This document shows positions 48,808-61,631 of a stretch of 64,000 nt of DNA, piece by piece. Location: contig OX638154.1 of NCBI GenBank assembly GCA_951804945.1, positions 71,982,001-72,046,000 of the forward strand. The letters run 5' to 3'. The translations under genes were made by a program, and so were the position numbers. Below the pieces are notes generated by a model that had not been told where the DNA came from, ran no database searches, and worked only from the letters and a program-made list of their open reading frames with translations. The stretch's first letter is position 1, and each line of letters opens with the position of its first letter. This DNA comes from Podarcis cretensis. Taxonomy: Eukaryota.

Positions 48808-50649
48808 TTGCTCGAGCATGATGCAGCAGATTTAAAATTTACAAGGATAATTCCAAGGCGACTAAACATGTAACAATTTAAAAATTCTCAAGATTCTTCA
48901 TTGATTGAAAACAATATCTACTATATTGGCTACATTTGAACATAAACCTTGGCTTACTACACACAAGCAAACTGTTCCCTGCTTCAATGCACCTGCTTTA
49001 GTGTTACATCTGAAGCACTAATCCCTGGCTGCTTGCTCCCATTACTCTCAACAAACAATGACCCAATAAAGTTTGGTCTTGGCTTACTGACCATGGAAAA
49101 CATCACAAACCCCTTGTTCGGACATAACATTAAGCTAGGGATCATGGTTTGCTTCCTCCCAGCACAAGCTCAAAGGAACAAATTTTCTTTTGTGTGGTAA
49201 GCCAATGTTTACGGTTTACTGTGACATGCAACTGCTGTCATTCTTTCAGTTCATTTTTATGATCAGAATGGAAAAGCTACATTACTGTTCTCAATACATG
49301 GAAGACAAATAGCATTGCAGCATTTGACAGAGTACACAATTCTAACTGTCGGTCTAAACTGTATTGTTAACATGTATCTACATCAACATGAATTTTACAC
49401 GTCAGGCCTTGGAGCTTAATATGGATTCTGAAACATGAGTTCAACCATCATTGTGGCAAGACATCATGGCTTGACAACCACTGAATAATGCATTTTAAAG
49501 CTACACTTTACATGTTTTTGTTTCCCCTGATTGCTTTGCACCTGTACTGCTTGATTTGCGCTACATGGGTCTGTTAGCATAATGAGTGTGTTTTTAAATG
49601 GCTGCTGTTGATAGTATTTTGTCTGCATGCTGCTGACTGGAGGAGAAACCCAAATGAACAGAGACCATGATGATATTGGTTTATAGCTTGTGGCCAAGCT
49701 AAATCTATTTTTGTTAGAGGCGGAACAAAAATGGTTCAAAGTGTATGCAAGAAATCTCAGTGTACCCAATGTACCTTCATTCTAGACAAAAACTTGATTT
49801 GATCTGCCTAGTCTATATGCCATACAGCTGGGGAGTGATATAATCTAAAAGGCAGGGAGGCAGGGAGGCTCTGGCCCACATGCCAAACTAGGACCATCAG
49901 GCCTTCACACTTGTCCCACAATGCCATTTTGACCAAGCCATGGCAACGTGCACTACAGGGGCTGAAGGGGCAGGTCTTGGATGCAAGGGGCTTTGCAGGC
50001 ACTACCAACCAGCTCACCAGAGGTTCTTGCAAGCATCTGACAATCAGCTGAACTTGGTGCTTTGGACGTACTGCACTAGGTGTTTTGTAAGCTTTCAGGG
50101 CAGGGGGAATGCAGTTTTTAAAAGAAGCATTTCCCCCCTGCAGGGACTTCAAAGCGGTTTCCCCTAACCGACAATCAGTTCAAGGGATGAAAATTTAAAG
50201 TAAGCCTTTTTGAAAGCCTGTTACCAGTGCCAATCAGCTGATTGCAGTTGAAAATGCATCTTCAAAGGAGGCTGGTCTAATTGGCAGTCAACTGATTGGG
50301 GGTTACAACTACCTCCTTTGATCTGTGTCAGGTGTCAAGTTACCTGATCACATTATGATACAGGCTGAGTGACATGCTTGCAGTCCTACGCACCTGTCAA
50401 CATTGGCCCACTCTGGTGGGGAACATAAGGATCTAGCATGCTGGCAGGTTCCAGTTCTCCACCCCGAGCTAAGGCTTGGAGATATTTTATATTTTTGGCA
50501 GCGTTATGTTAAGGGGTCAACATCAGTTTTTGGAACCTCATTCTGCATCTGAAAGAATATTCCCATTTTTTTTGCTACCCAAATACCAGTCAGGCACCTG
50601 CAATTTTTTTTCCGCCTTGGAATGGTGACCCAAACAGAACCATACATAG

Positions 50650-51090
50650 TAGAGTGCTATAGTGCAGAGCACTGGAAAAAATGTTAAGGAAACCCAGGTT
50701 CAAATCTGCAGTCATCCATGAAGTTCATTAGATGACCTTGTGTCTGTCATTATCTCTTAGCTTAACCTACCTCACTGAGTTGATGTGAGAATACAGTGGT
50801 ACCTCAGGTTAAGTACTTAATTTGTTCCGGAGGTCTGTTCTTAACCTGAAACTGTTCTTAACCTGAAGCACCACTTTAGCTATTGGTGCCTCCTGCTACT
50901 GCCGCACTGCCGGAGCACGATTTTTGTTCTTATCCTGAAGCAAAGTTCTTAACCTGAAGCACTATTTCTGGGTTAGCAGAGTCTGTAACCTGAAGCGTAT
51001 GTAACCTGAAGCGTAAGTAACCCGAGGTACCACTGTAAATTGGGATGGAGGAAACAGGGAACTCCTTGCAGGAAGGGTGGGTAGCTTATT
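50650..51090 (+). mobile_element. MIR-like SINE interrupted by the MITE at 50794-51035
   Basis: cccaggttcaaatc...gaccttg...ttagcttaacctacctca...gtgagaata resembles the MIR core; the sequence continues after the MITE. Confidence 0.55.
50794..51035. mobile_element. Tigger-like MITE, ~240-bp family, orientation B
   Basis: cagtggtacctc TIRs, TA duplication. Reverse complement of 42431-42672. Confidence 0.93.
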
Positions 51091-52758
51091 AAAAACAACA
51101 ACTGCACATACCAAGTGGTTACATGCACATCATTGTAAATTACTACTGGCCAAATGGTTTTCTGGATTTACTTAGGGTAAAATTGCTGCAAGCTAAAAGG
51201 TTGTCAGACTTAATAATTATTTGAGTCCTGTTGCTAGGAAGAAAAGATGCAGCATCGTATTTTTTGGAAGAAAGAAATATTGCATTTGCTTTGCAAAGCT
51301 GCATACAGGCACTATCTTTTATATCCTAGACGTGTTAGGTAACCTTTTTGCAAATTCCTGTGATACTTTGCTGCTTAGTTCAGAAAATACATGCTCAATA
51401 GAGAACTATTTGGGCTGGTTTCATAATTACTCCTTGCAAGCACATCAGTGTTGGAGAATCTGTTTGCTAATATGCTGCAAGAGGGACATCTACTGGTTTA
51501 TAGCGAAACGTCACATTTCCCCTCCATCACTATCTGTCAATGAGAGATGATTTTCTAGTGTTCCTTCCAAGATATTACTCTAGGGCTTCTCACCTTCCAT
51601 TTCTATCATTGTTTTCTGAGGACTTTCTGTTTGCAAGGAAAAAAAAACACCAATTCCTCTGGCATAAACCACACACATAAACAAGTGACCCATAAGTACC
51701 TGGTCACTAGTAAACAAAAAGCCTCTACCTACCACTAACAGAAACACAAGTGGATTCATTAAAACGTCCCAAAATTATTGATTGCCCCATACAGAACAAA
51801 ACAAAAATATTGCAAAGTAAGGGACATCTGAATCCATGTCCCTGAGATTGAGTCTCATCCTCTACCGACTGTAGGTGCATTATGTTACTGAAAGTATATT
51901 TCTAATTTCACTTGACAATTAACATGCTGACCAATTCACATCCTTTTGAAAAATCCCAGTATTTCCTAAAATATGCACTGTAGTTCAGAAATACTATACT
52001 TCAGCTTGCAGATGGAATGAGCCCCCTCTCCCCTCCCCAGGCACACTGTTAGTGCAGTGTTCTTTGGACATCCTCCGGAGCCAACTGCAAGGGAGGAGAG
52101 AAAGTGGGTGGGGAGTCCCATTGTGCAAGCAGAAGTCTTTGTCCCGGGCTTAAGTTGATGAGGTTACTTAGGTGAATCCTACCCTATATTCTCCCAAAAA
52201 GAAGAAATGCAAGTTATTTTCTACTCCCTCCGTCAAAATTTTGCTTCATCAAATATTCATTAGAATGCACGGAAACTGTTTGGTGAACATATTGCATTAA
52301 TGTCAACTATATTGTTTATATAACCTAAATATCCATCAAGGGATTGTTCCTATTGTCCAACTATCGCCATGGCGTAAGTTTAGCACACAGTAAAGGAATT
52401 AATTAAAGAAAAAAATCTTGAAAATACCACGGGCTAAAATCAAGCACAAAGCTAAGCATATACAAGCCTTTTTATTTCAGTGGGCTTAATACTAAATTGT
52501 GACATATAGGCTTAAATTTAATGCATGAGAATGGCATTTAGAAAAGGTCTCTATAACTTGGGACTTTTCAACTTAGCACAGTCCAAACCTATTTTTGAAG
52601 TCTTAGCAAACCTTGACCAAAAAACAGGTATCACTGAGTTTCTGGTCAAGTCACCCTTTCTGGCTGACGGGCTAGCTTTAACTTAGTGGGCCATAAGTTA
52701 TTCAGAATGACAACTTTTGATGACATTATCCCCATAGTAATATTAACTAGAAACTTAC

Positions 52759-52862
52759 TTGTTGTTAAAGAACGTAGAATTCTCTCGTCTCTTTGTGAAT
52801 CCAATTGGCAAAGTTCGTAGGCAGATGTCGAACCTTCGAGCTCGGTTTCTCAAAAAATTCAC
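52759..52862 (-). CDS. ZNHIT6: ZNHIT6 exon 5
   Basis: atcag|GTG...AA|gtaagt, 104 nt. Translates VNFLRNRARRFDICLRTLPIGFTKRRENSTFFNNK. Confidence 0.94.
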
Positions 52863-53489
52863 CTGATTGAATGTTTCAAAAGACAGAAAAAATAATTGCT
52901 GACAATTTCGAAGTCCAGGCTAATGGTCTTGCTTTTATGCAATGCTAAGCCATGGTTTACTAAGTGTTACAAGAATGAGCTGCAGTAAGCTTTGCACCTG
53001 CATGCTGTGACCATAAGGAGAAGTTTGGAAACTGCTGCTTTGGTTTTTGATTTACTGTTGCTCGTTGAGATACCTGAACATGGATGAAACATAGCTTATT
53101 GTAATGATTGTTTACTGAAACAACCCAAATGCAAACCAGTTTATGAAGCTGGCTTGTTTCAACAAAGCATAGTTAAGATTAACCACTGTTTATCTAGGTT
53201 TGCATATCTGTAGTTAATTTAAAACAGAAGGGGAAACTTCTAGTCTCCTCCTTACAGATATACCAAAGGAAGAGAGGGTGGAATGTTTGAGTCCAAGGCC
53301 CAATGCAGCTTGTTCGTGAAACACTAAACTGTGGTTTAACATTACATACAAACATAGCCAATGAAAGAGAGCAGTGGCGAAAGAGCTGAGTGAGAGGCAA
53401 GTACAATTTCTACCTGAGGACCTAAACCCTCCTGGCTCAGATAGGTGTTGGGCTTAATTTTCAGGAGTTAATATTATTATTGATTTATA

Positions 53490-53715
53490 CAGTGGTACCT
53501 CGGGTTAAGTACTTAATTCGTTCCGGAGATCCGTTCTTAACCTGAAACTGTTCTTAACCTGAAGCACCACTTTAGCTAATGGGGCCTCCTGCTGCTGCCG
53601 CGCCACCGGAGCACGATTTCTGTTCTCATCCTGAAGCAAAGTTCTTAACCTGAGGCACGATTTCTGGGTTAGTGGAGTCTGTAACCTGAAGTGTATGTAA
53701 CCCGAGGTACCACTG
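53490..53715. mobile_element. Tigger-like MITE, ~240-bp family, orientation B
   Basis: cagtggtacctcgggtta TIRs, TA duplication. Confidence 0.93.
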
Positions 53716-56659
53716 TACTATTTTAGTATAGTAGTCTTTACAGAGATCAGATAAATAACCAAAAGTTCAATTCACAAGCTACACAAGTAGTTGCTCTCAT
53801 TAATGGCTTAATATAAAACATATATATAGCTGGAAGTAAATCCCATCAATTTCATTTGGATTTATGTCTCAGTAAGATGTAACTAAAAGCATAATTATAC
53901 TTAAAGCTGTAGTTTAAAGGCCTATCAATGTACATTTTTAGTAGCACATAAATGCCATTATTTGATGAAGAACTATTTATGTATTACTGTATAAATAATA
54001 CATCAGAACTCTAAAACAAATTTCACCCATGCTGTCCCCTTAAGATTCAGAAGATGTTTGATTGGTTTTATACACAACTAAAATAAAAACTATTACTTCT
54101 GCATTAATAATCCACACCACGATATGAGATCCTCCTGCTTTAAATTCAGATACCAACAACCACATATTATAGCCTCCAGGTCTCATCACAACTCTGAAGA
54201 CATTTGCTAAGGTGTGCATGCATATATACATTCTATATGTTATAATTTTGTTACCAGCAACAATTCTATAGTGTATATTGGTGTACAAAATGCTTCTCTC
54301 ATAGCACCACAAATTCTTAAGTGTACAGCCAGGTTGAGAGTGGCAAGTTGCCAATTTCCCTCCCTTTGCAGGGTTCTTCTTCCTTAACAGTAACCCAGCA
54401 AGAAGTAATTCAACAGGTGGCATTTCCCATCACGGCGTATTTGTGCTAGAAAGTAATCTACCTGTGTGACCAAATGGAGAGAAGGAAAGAGAGAGAGAGA
54501 GGAAATACTTTTTCTCACCTTGGCTCAGTGACACCCTCTCACAGATGAGTGGGTAAAGAAGATAGGCAATTTCTAATTTGGGCAAATGTTTTCCGCTGGC
54601 ATCACCTTTGAATCCCACTCCCATATTTCTCATGTGAGGAACAGAAATTTATATGCCAATGTTTATTGGTAAACACTTGCAGGAAGCACAGTAAAGCACT
54701 CTTCTGTGGTGTCAAAGGTTGCAGACATTCTGCAGTGTTCCTGGATATTACTCACTATATTCAACACTTGAGCCCATTAATAACTAAAACTCTATCCCAC
54801 AATGCACAGTATATGAACTCTATAACAGCTACAATACTGATATGGTACTGCAAATCATGTACTGCAAATACAATGCTAAGTAGTAATGTGATTTTGTTAA
54901 AGCAAAAACAAGCACCCAGGAACACACCTAAGCTTATGTGTTACATGTGTTCTATTTCTTTTCAGATACTGTATTTTTTAATCACCTTCTGCATATTTTT
55001 AAAGACTTGCCTTTAGCAATAATTTTAATGTTTCATATTTATGTAAGCCACATATACCAATCTAGTGGTATATAAGTTCTGTTAAATAAAAATAAACAAA
55101 TAAAAATGTTCCGACCCTCTAGCAACCAAGAGGCTGAGATGAGATTCTTTCACGTTGCAGTTTCACGGGATAGAAACGTGGGCACATTCCTTCTAAATGA
55201 GTAAAGAAAGTTTTTACCAAAATTGTTCCTGCGCTCTTTTAGACCCATGAAACTCAGTTCCCTGATCCAACCCATAAAATTTAGACATTATCAAGCTATC
55301 AGGATATAATGTAATAAGCTGGATTGGATTTTGTTCCCGCTAATACAGGCAAATGCTGTAGTTTCGTTCCTTGCATTCTTTTCAATCTGACTTGAAGGAC
55401 AAATATTTTAAAACTGCTATTAAAAAGAGTTATTAGTGCTGTTTTTGAAAGTACAAGACTGAGATGATCTTGATAGTGGAGTTAGCATGGCATTACTCAC
55501 TAAATGTGTTCTCTTTGGAGGAAAACTAAGTGTGAACAACACAATCATTGTATCACTGCAACCTTTAAGTGTCAAGAGGAACTAAATGAATAATGTCATT
55601 AGATTACATTATAATGCCCAAAGGCTGCCCTCCACTTTGAGGGTAGATGGATGTACCGTATGTATCACACTCCCCAAACCTGCACAATTGTCCCTGTGAA
55701 CCCTGACGCAGGCCATCTAGCTTTGGCCAACCCAGGTACACAGCTCATTTTGGACCAGTCTCCAGAAGAGGTTTCACTGGGGCTACTTTGCAGCTCCGGA
55801 GATCTAGCTGGAGACGCAGGCTTGGCAAGAGATGGAAAGTGAACAGTCCCCCCAAACCCCTACTAAAGTTAATGTAACTTACCAAGGTGGACAGAGGGAG
55901 GGGGCGGAATGGAAGAAGCCAATGTTCTACAAAAGCTGGCTTGAGATGCCATTCTATCTGGCCAATCTCTCCAACCTCTTAAAATACAGCAACATCTGGA
56001 GGACAACACCTTGGCTACTACGGGGGGGGGGGGGGAAGGTTGACACACAGAAAAGCAGCCAAATTGTCTGACTACAAACAAAATTAAGCCCTGTCACCAA
56101 TTAATATCGCTATGTTTAAAAATGACAAAATTCAGAAGAGATGGGTTTTTAAAAAGCGCATCCACTGAGCTAATGAGGTTTTGTTTCTTTGCTTTTAGAA
56201 AATCTGCTATCAATAGGGGTGACTGAAAGTGAAGAAGCAATGGGGGAAAGGGGCACTTAAATCTTTCTGCCACTCATTTCTCTGCTCAAAACAGCTGGAT
56301 ATAATTTTTGTTGTTCTTGTGGGTTTTAAAATGAATACAAACCTTTGCACACATCAGGTGTGTGTGTGTGTTAAATACACACATTAGTGTATAATTTGTA
56401 CTTAAGTGATTTTCCTTGACAAATTTCTTTAAAACATTAACCTTCAATTAGAGGGATCACTTTTTGAATCTGGTTCAGTATGTTTCTCAGTTTGAAGGAT
56501 AATAAGCAACTACTGTGACTGAATCAAATTCTTCCTTCCACCTCCATCTGCCCCATCTGGTATTTGTCATTTAAGTTTCTAATACTACCCTTTTGCTTTT
56601 TAAAAAGGCAATGAACATTTGTTTTCTGTAGTATGCTCAAGGTAGCTAGAAAGACTTAC

Positions 56660-56745
56660 AAATTTATTGCTTTTTGGTCTATGTGAAGTGTCATCTCGAG
56701 CAGCGCCATCAGCTGTTCTTCCCACATCTTCCAGAAACCGGTAAT
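56660..56745 (-). CDS. ZNHIT6: ZNHIT6 exon 4
   Basis: ttcag|AT...TTT|gtaagt, 86 nt. Translates DYRFLEDVGRTADGAARDDTSHRPKSNKF (SDYRFLE BCD1 motif). Confidence 0.94.
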
Positions 56746-57039
56746 CTGAAATTGAGAAGGGCAGTGGGGAAAAGGCTCAAATGAAATTAGCTCCCAATAC
56801 CCTTTACAACGTGATTCTTAAGGGATCATACGAAAGTGATGGGTTTTAGCATAAGTTCACAGCAAATAAGAGAGGGTGTGCATCAAAAATTTGTCATTTG
56901 GTTGCTGTGCTTTCTAAAGCTTAAATATGTGATATTATTGATGGGGTTTTAAAAATGTGAACCACCATATCTGAAGCAGCAAGGCAGGACAAAAATGTTT
57001 TAAATGAAATAAATGCCTGTGCTAATACCATCCTAAGTA

Positions 57040-57298
57040 CCGTATTTTTTGCTCTATAAGACCTACTTTTTCCCTCCTAAAAAGTAAGGGGAAATGTGTG
57101 TGTGTCTTATGGAGCGAATGCAGGCTGCGCAGCTATCCCAAAAGCCAGAACAGCAAGAGGGATTGCTGCTTTCACTGTGCAGCGATCCCTCTTGCTGTTC
57201 TGGCTTCTGAGATTCAGAATATTTTTTTTCTTGTTTTCCTCCTCCAAAAACTAGGTGCGTCTTGTGGTCTGGTGCGTCTTATAGAGCGAAAAATACGG
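57040..57298. mobile_element. CCGTATTTT-family MITE
   Basis: TIRs and TA duplication; inverted near-copy of 9206-9464. Confidence 0.92.
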
Positions 57299-57619
57299 TA
57301 CTTACCTACTGTGCATTACTCACTTGCTTCATACAGGGCCAGATTTCTCTAAGGGGGACAAAGTTTGTAGGTTAGCAAGGTGCAGAAGGACCTGTTTTCT
57401 TTCATTCACCCCACAAGCTGTATTTAATGTGCCATTTAACAGCTTTGTGCAACTATACATTTGCTGATGGTGGCTATACTTAGGCTGCAGTCCTAAACCC
57501 TGAGTTCAAAGCAACTTATTTATATGTAAACACACTAAGGATTGCATTATTACTTCAGTAGTGGCACCCAAGGTCTTGTACCTGCTGGCAATGCAGATAG
57601 GAAACTCCAACACTATATA

Positions 57620-58234
57620 CCGTATTTTTGCTCCATAAGACGCACCTAGTTTTTAGAGGAAAACAAGAAAAAAAATATTCTGAACGAAACAATGGATGTA
57701 TGATTTTTGTGGTTCATGCTGTGACCACAGACATGTGATCTGATGGTGTATTTGGGGCGACCCAATGTAAAAATCCTGAGAATCCACGGGCTTTTACCTC
57801 CCCACTCCCAGGCAGCCTCAGGTAGCCTCCCTTATCTCTCTTCCGATCCCACTGATCAGCTGTTTCCTTTCCCTCTTGTTTGCCTTAGTGTCTTTTCCTT
57901 AGCTGGAGAAGTTTTTTGCTCCTCCTTTTCTTCTAATTTCTCTCCTTATTGCTTTAGTTTTCCTGTTTCCCCCCCCTTTGCAAGTTTGCTGTCTTTACCT
58001 CCCCCCTCCCAGGCAGCCTCCTTTATCTCTAGCGTCCCTTATCTCTCTCCCCGGCAAACGATCAGCGGCTTTGTTTCAACACCCACTTCCCTCTTTCAAA
58101 AAAAAAGGGGGGGGGAAGGCATGCACTGCTTTTTGCCCCTGGGCAATTCGGCTCCAGGGACCACACATTCGCTCAGACATTTCCCCTTACTTTTTAGGAA
58201 GAAAAAAGTGTGTCTTATGGAGCGAAAAATATGG
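57620..58234. mobile_element. Longer CCGTATTTT-family non-autonomous element
   Basis: TIRs ccgtatttttgctccataagac / gtcttatggagcgaaaaatatgg. Shares internal sequence with 31974-32338. Confidence 0.85.
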
Positions 58235-58346
58235 CAATGGTAGGTATAGAACATTGTAGGTGTAGAACACTGCCTCCTCCATACCCACCCATCGCAATAA
58301 CACCCTGGAGCTTTAGAACAATTGAGATTTTTAGAGACTCTCTTAC

Positions 58347-58453
58347 CACTTAGAAGATTTAAATCACTGAACTCATTTATGGAAACGAATGCTGTCTTTT
58401 CTCTTACTCCATTACAACTGAATGCAGTCTTATGTTGCTTCACGCAAGCCAAA
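58347..58453 (-). CDS. ZNHIT6: ZNHIT6 exon 3
   Basis: ttcag|T...G|gtaaga, 107 nt. Translates SLACVKQHKTAFSCNGVREKTAFVSINEFSDLNLLS, completing the zf-HIT domain. Confidence 0.95.
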
Positions 58454-58547
58454 CTGAAAGCACACAGAGAAAGCAAAGCAATCTTGTCACTCTCTTTTCA
58501 GTACACAAGAAAAAATAAGCAAGGGATGTCCATCATTTTCTATCTAC

Positions 58548-58613
58548 CTGCATGAGTATTTCATACAACGGGGGCATCGATATTTTGCTTCTTCTGTATT
58601 GCAGATTTCACAA
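58548..58613 (-). CDS. ZNHIT6: ZNHIT6 exon 2 (HIT zinc finger)
   Basis: ttcag|T...AG|gtagat, 66 nt. Translates [22 protein letters not shown] (zf-HIT CxxC...YRCPRC...CS). Confidence 0.96.
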
Positions 58614-58737
58614 CTGAAAGGAGAGAAAAATGAAAGGGCCTCTTTACATTGGAACAACATGGGTGAGTGCTAAAACACCATTTTGAGAAAGCGTCCCTTC
58701 ATGCTAATAAGCAGTAAAAGCAATAGATGTATTTGGT

Positions 58738-58740
<3 letters not shown>

Positions 58741-58775
<35 letters not shown>

Positions 58776-59047
58776 ACACAGTGGTACCTCGGGTTACCGA
58801 CGCTTCAGGTTACAGACTCCGCTAACCCAGAAATAGTACCTCGGGTTAAGAACTTTGCTTCAGGATGAGAACAGAAATTGGGTGGCGGCAGCAGGAGGCC
58901 CCATTATCTAAAGTGGTACCTCAGGTTAAGAACAGTTAGGTTACGAATTGACCTCCAGAACGAATTAAGTTCTTAACCCAAGGTACCACTGTGTATATCT
59001 ATCTATCTATCTGTCTATCTATCTAGCTATCTATCATCTATCTATCT
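58741..59047. mobile_element. Tigger-like MITE (58779-58991, orientation A) flanked by (TG)n on the left and (TATC)n on the right
   Basis: cagtggtacct TIRs; microsatellites read directly. Confidence 0.9.
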
Positions 59048-60218
59048 AATCTCCAGAATGTTTTTGTTGCATACAAATAGTATTTAAAAACCCATCTTAT
59101 ATTAGTGGCCTAGAACATCTCTCAATAACAAGGATTAAGTAGTATCAATATGCTTCCAGCAAAAGGCTCTGGGATTGAGACACAAGTAATATGAGTAGCT
59201 CAGAGCCTTCAGTCAGAAACAACAAAACCTGAACTAACGCTCCTCTAATGAGCTGCCACTATTCTGAAAATGTTGGACAGGTATTTCCCCAACACCAAGC
59301 TTGCACTTGCTTTTTACTTCTCCTCTTCTATTCATTAGCAAGTGATCTTCCTGCCCTATGATGGATGATGGTAACATCTTAATAGCAAAGTCAGTGATTT
59401 TATATCAGAGTTCCTATTTTAGTGGGGGGAAAGTCTGATCGGAGCATGTGTGCTCTGAAATGAATCCTTTGGGGAGAGAATGTGCCCGATCACAAGAAGT
59501 ACCTATGATCCACAAAGTTCTTCACATACTCCCATCAGAGCACAATGACCTTATTTACGCGCAGTCATCTCAACTTCTGGTTTAACTGCTGTCCCTCTTT
59601 TTCTCGCAAAAACATTTTTAGAAATTAAGTTTGAAAGCTAGGTCAGACTGACCCAGGCTATAGTTTAACACAGTAAATTTGAGGAAGTGGTTTACAGATC
59701 AGCCAAAAGGCAACAGTGAGCTAATAACTCTGGGACTTTGGTTTGGGGCTGCCATTTTTTTCCTCTCCTGACAGGGTTTCTATGCCCTTCACAGCTAATC
59801 ACTTAAGTGTCTTAGTTAGTGCTGTCTACTTTATTGTACTCGATATGGAATGGAACAAGACAAAATACACAAAAATCACGCATTGTTTGAGCGTAGATCA
59901 CACATTGTTTGAGCATAGACCACCAAAGAAACAGCAGCGGTTTCACCCCAGGGCATTGCGGGACCGGGGCTAATACAGCTTGGGTCTTCCCTCCACATGC
60001 CAGGCACTGGTGGCAGAGAGAGTCAGGCACAGGCAAGCCTTATACCCGTGATATACCTACCGCCAGGTGAAAATGCCATCACGCTCTGACCCTCAAACCC
60101 GTACTGGGCGATGTATCGTTACATTGCCCAGGCCTATGTACAAATTTAATAAATATGTAACAAATAAGGTGTTGTTGTTTTTTAAATCCATATTAAGAAA
60201 GGCGTGGGCTATCTGGTA

Positions 60219-60353
60219 AAGGTAAAGGGACCCCTGACCATTAGGTCCATTCGTGGCCGACTCTGGGGTTGCGGCGCTCATCTCGCTTTATTGGTCAAGG
60301 GAGCCAGCCTACAGCATGACTAAGCCGCTTCTGGTGAACCAGAACAGCGCACA
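60219..60353 (-). mobile_element. 5'-truncated Sauria SINE
   Basis: SINE 3' portion only; TSD gctatctggta / gctttctggta at 60208-60218 and 60354-60364. Confidence 0.88.
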
Positions 60354-60579
60354 GCTTTCTGGTATCCCTTTTAAAATAAGTTGCCTTGACCCAAAGTTAA
60401 GAGGAAGGCTAATTTAGCCCCAGATTATCTTCCGCAGAAGAAAACTTCTGGAAAACTACAATCCGCTGCGTGCAAGGACATCACAACATATTGCCCCCGC
60501 CCCACATAATAATAATAATAATATATGATAAATTTTATTTTATTATACACACACACTACTACTACTACTACTACTAATA

Positions 60580-61300
60580 ACGCCGCTCCTTAAATATTAT
60601 CCTGTTAACTTTGCTCGCCTTCCCGTCCTTCCAGACACGTTTCTCTCCACGCCGCGAGGAGCCCTCTGGCTTTGCGCGCGCGCCCCCCGTCGCCTCCAGG
60701 GTGCGCGTGTGAATGTGTGGACGCGTGTGTCGGATTCCCCCCTTTCCCGCTTTCCTCCCGGCTTGAGCCTCTCCCCTCCCAAGCCAACCTAATAATAATA
60801 ACTCCAGGGCAGGAGGGCAGAGTGGAAAGAGGCCAAGGAGACATTCCTCCCCGCCTCACACACACACACCTTCGCAGCGACATCTTCCGCCTCGCGCTCC
60901 CTTCGGTCTCTGCCGCCGCCGCCGCCGCCGCCGCCGCCATGCTCAGCAAACGGCCTGCCCGTCGAGGTGGCTCCCCTTCCTCTTTTTCGAAGTCCTAGAC
61001 AGTCGCCTCGTCTCGGCGGCGCGCGGGCGAAAGGGAGGCTGCTGACCCCTGGCGGGAGGTCGGGGAGCTGCAACGAAAAGGATGCCTTCCAGGGTGGGCG
61101 GTGGGAGGAGGAGGAGGAGGCAGGGAGCATCCTCGCTCTGCGATTCTAAAGCGCCAGCCTTGGGGATGCTGGGCGCAGTTTGGAGGAGCGCAGTCCCGCG
61201 AGCAGGCGGATCCCCAAATTTTCCCCGTTTGAAAACGGCTGGGGAGAGTTTGGCTGACCCATTTGAATTGGTGTTTTGGGGTCGTCCCCCCGCCCATGCT
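60580..61300. promoter_or_regulatory. CpG island / ZNHIT6 promoter and first exon
   Basis: Abrupt GC- and CpG-rich block in an otherwise CpG-depleted window, containing the ZNHIT6 start codon. Confidence 0.9.
60870..60940 (-). CDS. ZNHIT6: ZNHIT6 (BCD1, box C/D snoRNP assembly factor) exon 1 coding part
   Basis: ATG GCG... translates MAAAAAAAAAETEGSARRKMSLR, then AG|gtgtgt; phase 2 matches exon 2. In-frame upstream TAG at 60995-60997. Spliced CDS is 855 nt. Confidence 0.85.
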
Positions 61301-61631
61301 AGGCAGGGCCTGGTTTGGGTTTGGGTTGTTTTAAAATTGTGTTTTTTGTTGTTTTAAAATTTCCCACGGCGCCTCCTTTCATTTATTTTTGTCACACTTC
61401 GAATTCCATAAACGGTACAAAAATGCAACAGAAGGAAAGCAGTTAAAGCTCAGGGTTAAAATATGGGTGGGAATGGGAGTGTTTTATTATGCATTTTGTT
61501 ATGCATTTTGTGTTTTCATGTTGTGCTTTTAGGTTCCATCTTCGGAGGAAGAGCGATGTACAAGTTTAATAAATAAAACAATATAATCGGTAATGCGACA
61601 CAGGCCACCGGAATGAAGCTCATGGACCTCT

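Noticed and set aside
60930-60998. Perfect Kozak GCCGCCGCCATG on the + strand opening a 19-aa ORF
   Set aside because: By-product of the antisense poly-Ala (GCG)n repeat and the CATG palindrome at the ZNHIT6 start; the ORF is tiny with no splice donor support.
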